From Candidatus Methylomirabilia bacterium (GTDB lineage: Bacteria; Methylomirabilota; Methylomirabilia; Rokubacteriales; CSP1-6): DNA of 11,903 nucleotides. Below are positions 6,553 through 11,903 of this stretch, one piece after another. The stretch spans positions 1 through 11,903 of the forward strand of contig JBGQHJ010000149.1 of the NCBI GenBank assembly GCA_041497895.1, in the 5' to 3' direction. A model generated the notes under the pieces. The model was given only the letters and a program-made list of their open reading frames with translations. It did not search any database and was not told the DNA's origin. Position 1 is the first letter of the stretch. Each line of letters starts with the position of its first letter. The position numbers and the translations under genes are program-made.

Positions 6553-7746
6553 CTAGATCGCGCCGTCCTTCGCTAGCTTGTCGATCTCGTCCGAGGAGTA
6601 GCCCAGCTCTCTCAGGATCTCGGCGCGGTGCTCGCCAAGTAGCGGCGAGGGCGTGATGGTAGTGGGTGACTCCGAGAGCTTGATCGGGTTGCCGACGGTG
6701 AGGAAGCGGCCGCGGACCGGATGATCGAGCTCGACGATCATGTCGCGCGCGAGCAGGTGGGGGTCGGTGAGCACCTCGCCGGTGTCGAGGCAGGCGCCGC
6801 AGGGCACGCCCGCGCCGGCCAGGAGCTCCATCGCCTCGTGCTTCGGACGCTTCGACGTCCAGTCCTCTACCAGACGGTTGACCTCACCCTTGTTGTTCCA
6901 GCGGGCCTCCGGGGTCTCGTAGCGGGTGTCGCCGACCAGGTCCTCGCGCCCGATGGCGCGGAGCAGTGGGTGCCACATCTGCTGCTGGACGAAGATGAAG
7001 ACGTAGTCGTTGGGCCCGCCCGGGTGGCAGCGATACGTGGTGCCCGGCACGCCGGCACCGAGCTGGTTGCCCGCGCGCTCCATGACCCTGCCGTAGCGCT
7101 GGTGGTCGCGCAGGCTGACCCGGATCAGGTTGACCACCGCGTCCTGCATGGACACCTCGACCTGCTGGCCCTGGCCGCTGGCGTGTCGCTGCATGAGCGC
7201 GGCGAGGATGCCGATCACGCAGTGCATCCCCGTGCCGGAGTCGCCGATCGACGGCCAGGTGAAGGTCGGCGGCCCGTCCGGGAAGCCGGTGACGCTCATG
7301 GCCCCGCCCATCGCCTGCGCGATCGGCTCGTAGCTCTTGTAGTCACGATAGGGCCCGTACGAGCCGAAGCCCTTGATCGACGCGTAGACGAGCCGTGGGT
7401 TGATCTCGCGCACCGCCGGGTAGCCGAAGCCGAGCCGCTCGATGACGCCGGGGCCGAAGTTCTCCAGCAGCACGTCGGCGGTCTTCAAGAGTGCGCGGAA
7501 GACCTCCTGGCCGCCCGGGTGCTTGAGGTTGAGCGTGAGGCTCCGCTTGTTGGCGTTGAAGGCGAGGAAGAAGAGCGCGTCGGCGCCCGGCCGATCCTGC
7601 TGGGAGTAGCGCGCCACGTCGCCGCGGCCCGGCTCCTCGACCTTGATCACGTCCGCGCCCAGCCACGCCAGCATCTGGCCGCACGAGGGTCCCGCCTGGT
7701 TGTTCGTGAGATCGACGACACGGATGCCGGTCAGGGCCTGGGTCAT
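6553..7746 (-). CDS. Family III (CaiB/BaiF) CoA-transferase, formyl-CoA transferase (Frc)-like, 397 aa
   Basis: LTGIRVVDLT..QAGP, LAWLGADVIKVE, NANKRS, ENFGPG and IGDSGTGMH (catalytic Asp, Frc-type context). The Frc tetraglycine loop is replaced by GNQLGAGVPG. Confidence 0.92.
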   Translation of the reverse strand: MTQALTGIRVVDLTNNQAGPSCGQMLAWLGADVIKVEEPGRGDVARYSQQDRPGADALFFLAFNANKRSLTLNLKHPGGQEVFRALLKTADVLLENFGPGVIERLGFGYPAVREINPRLVYASIKGFGSYGPYRDYKSYEPIAQAMGGAMSVTGFPDGPPTFTWPSIGDSGTGMHCVIGILAALMQRHASGQGQQVEVSMQDAVVNLIRVSLRDHQRYGRVMERAGNQLGAGVPGTTYRCHPGGPNDYVFIFVQQQMWHPLLRAIGREDLVGDTRYETPEARWNNKGEVNRLVEDWTSKRPKHEAMELLAGAGVPCGACLDTGEVLTDPHLLARDMIVELDHPVRGRFLTVGNPIKLSESPTTITPSPLLGEHRAEILRELGYSSDEIDKLAKDGAI

Positions 7747-7804
7747 AGGTCACCATGCCTACCACAGCCGGCCCCGCCGGGTCGAGGCCGGCCGGTGGCC
7801 CCTC

Positions 7805-7840
7805 TTGACTAGCGATGGACGGGCGGCGCACTCTCCCGGC
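7805..7840 (+). promoter_or_regulatory. Putative sigma70-type leaderless promoter of the tfdA-like operon
   Basis: TTGACT (7805-7810)-N18-CACTCT (7829-7834)-N6-ATG (7841). No Shine-Dalgarno. Confidence 0.5.
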
Positions 7841-8740
7841 ATGGCGACGACTCGAACGGCCGGCGCGGTGAGCTTCCGCCAGGTGGGGCCCTGCCTGGCG
7901 GCCGAGGTCGAGGGCATCGACCTGACCCAGCCCCTCTCCCCGGAGGAGGTGGCAGCGGTGCACGCGGGCATGGACCGGTACGCGGTGCTCGTCTTCCACG
8001 ACCAGCCGCTCACCGACGACCAGCAGCTCGCCTTCACCCGCAGCCTGGGCGACATCGAGCACGCCATCGGCACCGGCCTGCGCCAGGAGTACCGGTTGCC
8101 CACCACGTTCGCGGACGTGTCGAACCTGGACGTGAACAACCAGGTGTTCGCGCGCGACAGCCGCACGCGGCTCTTCTCGCTCGGCAACCGGCTCTGGCAC
8201 TCCGACAGCTCGTTCAAGGTCGTGCCCGCGAAGTACTCGCTGCTGCACGCCCGCGCGATCCCGTCGAAGGGCGGCAACACCGAGTTCGCGGACATGCGCG
8301 CGGGCTACGACGCGCTCGACCAGGAGACGAAGGACCTGGTGGCGGACCTGATCTGCGAGCACTCCCAGCTCTACTCCCGCTCGCTGCTCGGCTTCACCGA
8401 CTTCACCGACGAGGAGCGCGAGCGCTTCAAGCCGGTGCGTCAGGTCCTGGTGCGCACCCATCCGGGCCACGGGCGCAAGTCGCTCTACCTGTCCTCCCAC
8501 GCGGGCGGCATCGTGGGCTGGCCGGTGCCGGAGGCGCGCGCGTTCCTGCGCGACCTCAACGAGATCGCGACCCAGCGCCAGTTCGTGTACTCGCACCGGT
8601 GGCGGGTCGGGGACCTGGTCATGTGGGACAACCGCCAGACCATGCACCGCGCCCGGCCCTTCCCGGAGCACGAGCCGCGCGACGTGCGGCGCACGACGCT
8701 GATGGGTGCGGGGCCGACCACGGATCAGGTCGCCTCTTAG
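7841..8740 (+). CDS. tfdA: TauD/TfdA-family Fe(II)/2-oxoglutarate dioxygenase, TfdA-like, 299 aa
   Basis: NRLWHSDSSF (HxD), GGNTEFADMRAGYDAL, GDLVMWDNRQTMHR (distal His) and RDVRRTT (2-OG Arg) are closer to TfdA/SdpA than to TauD. ATG at 7841. Activity on 2,4-D is not implied. Confidence 0.88.
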   Translation: MATTRTAGAVSFRQVGPCLAAEVEGIDLTQPLSPEEVAAVHAGMDRYAVLVFHDQPLTDDQQLAFTRSLGDIEHAIGTGLRQEYRLPTTFADVSNLDVNNQVFARDSRTRLFSLGNRLWHSDSSFKVVPAKYSLLHARAIPSKGGNTEFADMRAGYDALDQETKDLVADLICEHSQLYSRSLLGFTDFTDEERERFKPVRQVLVRTHPGHGRKSLYLSSHAGGIVGWPVPEARAFLRDLNEIATQRQFVYSHRWRVGDLVMWDNRQTMHRARPFPEHEPRDVRRTTLMGAGPTTDQVAS

Positions 8741-9786
8741 TGAAGTTCGGCCTGTTCTTCCAGGCTCCGGAGGCCCCGGGGCAGACGCACGCCCAGCGCT
8801 ACGGCGAGATGATCGATCTCATCGCCCTCGCCGACTCGCTCGGCTTCGACGTGGCGTGGCTGGCCGAGCTGCACTTCGGGGGCGCCTTCTCGCTCCTGTC
8901 GAACCCCCTCATGGCGGTGCCGGTGATCGCCCAGCGCGCCCCGCGCATCCGTATCGGCACCGCGGTGACCCTGCTCCCGCTCCACCACCCGCTCGCGTGC
9001 GCCGAGCAGGCCGCCACCGCCGACGTCCTGTCCGGCGGGCGGCTCGAGTTCGGGGTGGGGCGCGGCTCGATCCCGAGCCAGTTCCACGGCTTCCGGGTGC
9101 CGGTGTCCGAGAACCGCGGCCGCTTCGGGGAGGCGCTCGACATCATACGGCTGGCCTGGACGCGCGAGCGCTTCAGCTACGACGGCACGTACTACCAGGT
9201 GGAGGACGTCTCGGTGGTGCCGCGACCGATGCAGCGGCCGCATCCGCCGATCCGGGTGGCGGTGCACTCCGCGGAGAGCTTCGCCCACATCGGCGGGCTG
9301 GGGCTGCCGATCTACTCGGGGACGACCACCACCCCGCTGCCGCAGCTCCGCGAGTTCATGGCCCTCTACCGCACGCGGCTCGCCGAGGCCGGGCACGCCT
9401 GGCAGCCCGACCAGATGGCGCTGATGCTCCCGGTGCACATCGGCGAGAGCGCCGCCGCCGCGCGGGAGGCGATGCGGCCCGGGGTGCGCAAGTACTACGA
9501 GAACCTCCGCGCGATCTTCTCCGCGGTGCCCGAGTCGTACGCCGAGCACCTGCCGCGCCTCAAGATCATCGAGGACACGCTGGCCAACCTGCCCTACGAG
9601 AAGTTCTTCCGGGACCAGGCGGTGTTCGGCGACGTGCCGGAGGTGATCGATCGGCTCCAGGCCGCGGTCGAGGAGTTCGACCTCTCGCAGGTCATCTGCT
9701 GGTTCGACCAGGGCTCGATGCTGTCGCGCCCGGAGGTCGAGCGCACGATGCGGCGCTTCGCCGAGCAGGTGATGCCGAAGCTCTGA
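8740..9786 (+). CDS. LLM-class flavin-dependent oxidoreductase, 348 aa
   Basis: GTG at 8740 overlaps the upstream TAG. MKFGLF, WLAELHF, IRIGTAVTLLPLHHPL, GRLEFGVGRG and MRRFAEQVMPKL are LLM hallmarks. Confidence 0.92.
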   Translation: MKFGLFFQAPEAPGQTHAQRYGEMIDLIALADSLGFDVAWLAELHFGGAFSLLSNPLMAVPVIAQRAPRIRIGTAVTLLPLHHPLACAEQAATADVLSGGRLEFGVGRGSIPSQFHGFRVPVSENRGRFGEALDIIRLAWTRERFSYDGTYYQVEDVSVVPRPMQRPHPPIRVAVHSAESFAHIGGLGLPIYSGTTTTPLPQLREFMALYRTRLAEAGHAWQPDQMALMLPVHIGESAAAAREAMRPGVRKYYENLRAIFSAVPESYAEHLPRLKIIEDTLANLPYEKFFRDQAVFGDVPEVIDRLQAAVEEFDLSQVICWFDQGSMLSRPEVERTMRRFAEQVMPKL

Positions 9787-10850
9787 TGGACTTCGGGATC
9801 AACCTGGCGACCTCCGCGGACTCGTGGAAGGTCGTCAAGCGCGCCGAGGAGCTGGGCTACACGCGCGCCTGGTTCTATGACACCCAGCTCCTCAACGCCG
9901 ACATGTTCGTGGCGATGGGCGCGGCGGCGGTGCAGACCACGCGGATCCGGCTCGCCACCGGGGTGCTGATCCCCTCCAACCGCATCGCGCCGGTGGCGGC
10001 GAGCGCGCTGGCCTCGCTCAATGCGCTCGCTCCCGGCCGCGTCGACTTCGGCATCTCCACCGGGTTCACCGCGCGCCGCACCATGGGGCTCGGGCCGGTG
10101 ACGCTCGAGGCCATGCGCGAGTACATCCGCGTGGTGCAGGGGCTGATCGCGGGCGAGACGATCGAGTGGGCCTTCGAGGGCAAGCGGCGGAAGATCCGCT
10201 TCCTCAACCCCGAGATCGGCGCGGTCAACGTGGCCGATCCGATCCCGCTTCACATCTCGGCGCTCGGGCCGCGCGGCCGCCGGCTCACCGCCGAGCTGCG
10301 CGCGGGCTGGCTCTACGCGACCGGCCACATGGGCGCGGCGCGGGCCGCGGCCGCGGACATGCGGGAGGCCTGGCGCGCCGCGGGGGTCGACCCCGGCGGG
10401 CAGGTGGCCACCGCGTTCACCGGCGGGTGCGTCCTCGCCGACGGCGAGGCCTTCGACAGCCCGCGGGCGCGCGCGCAGGCCGGCCCGCACGCCACCATCG
10501 CGCTCCACAACCTGGTCGAGGTCGAGGAGTTCGGCAACATGGGCCGCACGGTGCCGCCGGCCCTGGCCCCGCTGCTCGAGCGCTACCGCGAGATCTACAA
10601 GGCCTACGAGCCGGTGGACGCGCGCTACCTCGCCAACCACCGCGGCCACCTCATGTTCCTCCGGCCGGAGGAGCACGAGGTGTGCACCGCCGATCTCATC
10701 CGCACCATGACCTTCACCGGCACGGGGCCCGCGCTCCAGGACCGTCTTCGCGAGCTGCGCGAGGCCGGCTACAATCACTTCGCGATCAGCATTCGCCACG
10801 GCCACCCGGGAATGCTGGAGGACTGGGCGGACGTCTTCGCGGGCGTCTAG
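9786..10850 (+). CDS. LLM-class oxidoreductase, Mer-like subgroup (cofactor FMN or F420 uncertain), 354 aa
   Basis: ATG at 9786 overlaps the upstream TGA. MDFGI, AEELGYTRAWFYDTQ, TTRIRLATGV, LNALAPGRVDFGISTG and IPLHISALGPR. Confidence 0.88.
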   Translation: MDFGINLATSADSWKVVKRAEELGYTRAWFYDTQLLNADMFVAMGAAAVQTTRIRLATGVLIPSNRIAPVAASALASLNALAPGRVDFGISTGFTARRTMGLGPVTLEAMREYIRVVQGLIAGETIEWAFEGKRRKIRFLNPEIGAVNVADPIPLHISALGPRGRRLTAELRAGWLYATGHMGAARAAAADMREAWRAAGVDPGGQVATAFTGGCVLADGEAFDSPRARAQAGPHATIALHNLVEVEEFGNMGRTVPPALAPLLERYREIYKAYEPVDARYLANHRGHLMFLRPEEHEVCTADLIRTMTFTGTGPALQDRLRELREAGYNHFAISIRHGHPGMLEDWADVFAGV

Positions 10851-10862
10851 GAGGGCCAGGCG

Positions 10863-11903
10863 ATGAGGACCGGCAGCGAGTATCGCGACGCCCTGCACGA
10901 CGGCCGTCGGGTCTGGGTCGTGGGCGAAGGCCTGATCGAGGACGTCACCCTCCACCCGGCCACCCGGCCGATGGTCGACGAGTACGCCGCGTGGTACGAC
11001 CGGCACCACGATCCGGCGTGGCAGCACGTCCTCCTGACCCCGCCCGACGAGCGGGGCGCGCGCCGGCCGTGGGCCTTCGCCCTGCCGCGGACCCCGGCCG
11101 ACCTGCGCGCGATGGGGCGGAGCTACGCCGCGACCATCTTCCTGACCGCGGGCAACATGACCCACACGCCCGGCTACGGCAACCTCATCGCGCTCGGCCT
11201 CCACGACGTGGTCCGCCAGCGCAAGGTCTCGGCCGAGCAGGGCGCGACCGCCGCGGCCTATCGCGACACGATCGCGCGCACCGGGCGCTTCCTCACGTTC
11301 TCGGCGGGCGCGGCCACCATCGGCTACCGGCTCCGCGAGGATCCCAATGAACGGGCGGCGCTTCGCATAATCCGCGAGACCGGCGCCGGCCTGGTCCTCC
11401 ACGGGAAGGTCGGCATGCACACGAGCCCGGTCTACGCGGAGGACGTGTACATCGGGGCGCACTCGGGCGTGGACCGCGACGGCCACCGGGCGACCTTCAT
11501 CGTGCCGGTGAACGCGCCCGGCGTCACAGTGCTGTGCCGGAAGATCTCGGCCCGCCACCCGAATCCGTTCCTCGCGCCGCTCAGCAGCCGCTTCGACGAG
11601 CTGGACGGCCAGCTCTGGCTCCAGGACGTGCTGGTCCCGTGGGAGCGCGTGTTCCTCACCGAGGCGTCGCCCGACCCCATCGCGGCGTGGTGCTTCTGGC
11701 ATCAGCTCTACGCCTGGCTCGCGAAGGCCGAGTTCACCCTGGGGCTCGCGCTCGCGTGCGCGCACGCGATGGGCCTCGAGGCTCACGAGCCCACCATCGA
11801 GTACCTGATCGACCTGGTCGTCGACGTGCAGACGGTCCGGAGCTGCCAGACCGCGGCCGAGCTCGATCCCGACGTCTCGGAGGAGGGCTACTGCATGCCG
11901 GGC
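10863..11903 (+). CDS. 4-hydroxyphenylacetate 3-hydroxylase (HpaB/PvcC)-family flavin-dependent monooxygenase, divergent; truncated by window end (347 codons visible)
   Basis: RBS AGGAGG at ~10849. My translation gives MRTGSEYRDALHDGRRVWVVGEGLIEDVTLHP..., FIVPVNAPGVTVLCR, NPFLAPLSSRFDELD and DVLVPWERVF, all HpaB-family motifs. Open to 11903 and absent from the ORF track. Confidence 0.88.
   Translation, partial: MRTGSEYRDALHDGRRVWVVGEGLIEDVTLHPATRPMVDEYAAWYDRHHDPAWQHVLLTPPDERGARRPWAFALPRTPADLRAMGRSYAATIFLTAGNMTHTPGYGNLIALGLHDVVRQRKVSAEQGATAAAYRDTIARTGRFLTFSAGAATIGYRLREDPNERAALRIIRETGAGLVLHGKVGMHTSPVYAEDVYIGAHSGVDRDGHRATFIVPVNAPGVTVLCRKISARHPNPFLAPLSSRFDELDGQLWLQDVLVPWERVFLTEASPDPIAAWCFWHQLYAWLAKAEFTLGLALACAHAMGLEAHEPTIEYLIDLVVDVQTVRSCQTAAELDPDVSEEGYCMPG

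Noticed and set aside
7767..7792. Inverted repeat gccggccccg/cgaggccggc in the divergent promoter gap (possible operator)
   Set aside because: Almost pure G/C, so plausible by chance at this composition, and no regulator or second copy is present to support it.
8706..10850. 714-aa ORF suggesting a long fusion protein
   Set aside because: Only the part from ATG 9786 is LLM-like. The first 360 codons are an off-frame shadow of the upstream LLM gene.
9594..11786. 730-aa - strand ORF
   Set aside because: Antisense shadow of the LLM and HpaB-like genes.

Overview
Very GC-rich (roughly 70% by eye, not computed), gene-dense bacterial DNA. The profusion of LLM, TauD and CaiB paralogs is reminiscent of Candidatus Rokubacteria (inference only). 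Left to right: (1) N-terminal fragment of a DUF2779-type RecB/Cas4-like nuclease (- strand, runs off the window, missed by the ORF track); (2) a ~106 bp CTAG-bounded palindromic repeat; (3) a - strand cluster of ACMSD-like amidohydrolase, LLM monooxygenase and terephthalate-dioxygenase-like Rieske alpha/beta subunits, with no reductase or dehydrogenase; (4) a secreted papain-family C1A peptidase with an unassigned C-terminal domain; (5) a lone TPP-dependent E1-alpha subunit; (6) a second copy of the repeat; (7) an Frc-like family III CoA-transferase (-); (8) a + strand operon of TfdA-like dioxygenase, two LLM oxidoreductases and a divergent HpaB-family hydroxylase (runs off the window, also missed by the ORF track). 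The most notable signals are the structured MITE/REP-like repeat with compensatory changes, the fact that both apparently incomplete operons end exactly at its two copies, the tph-like oxygenase in a non-canonical context, and a recurring TTGACY-N17/18-CANNNT promoter motif that appears leaderless in two cases.
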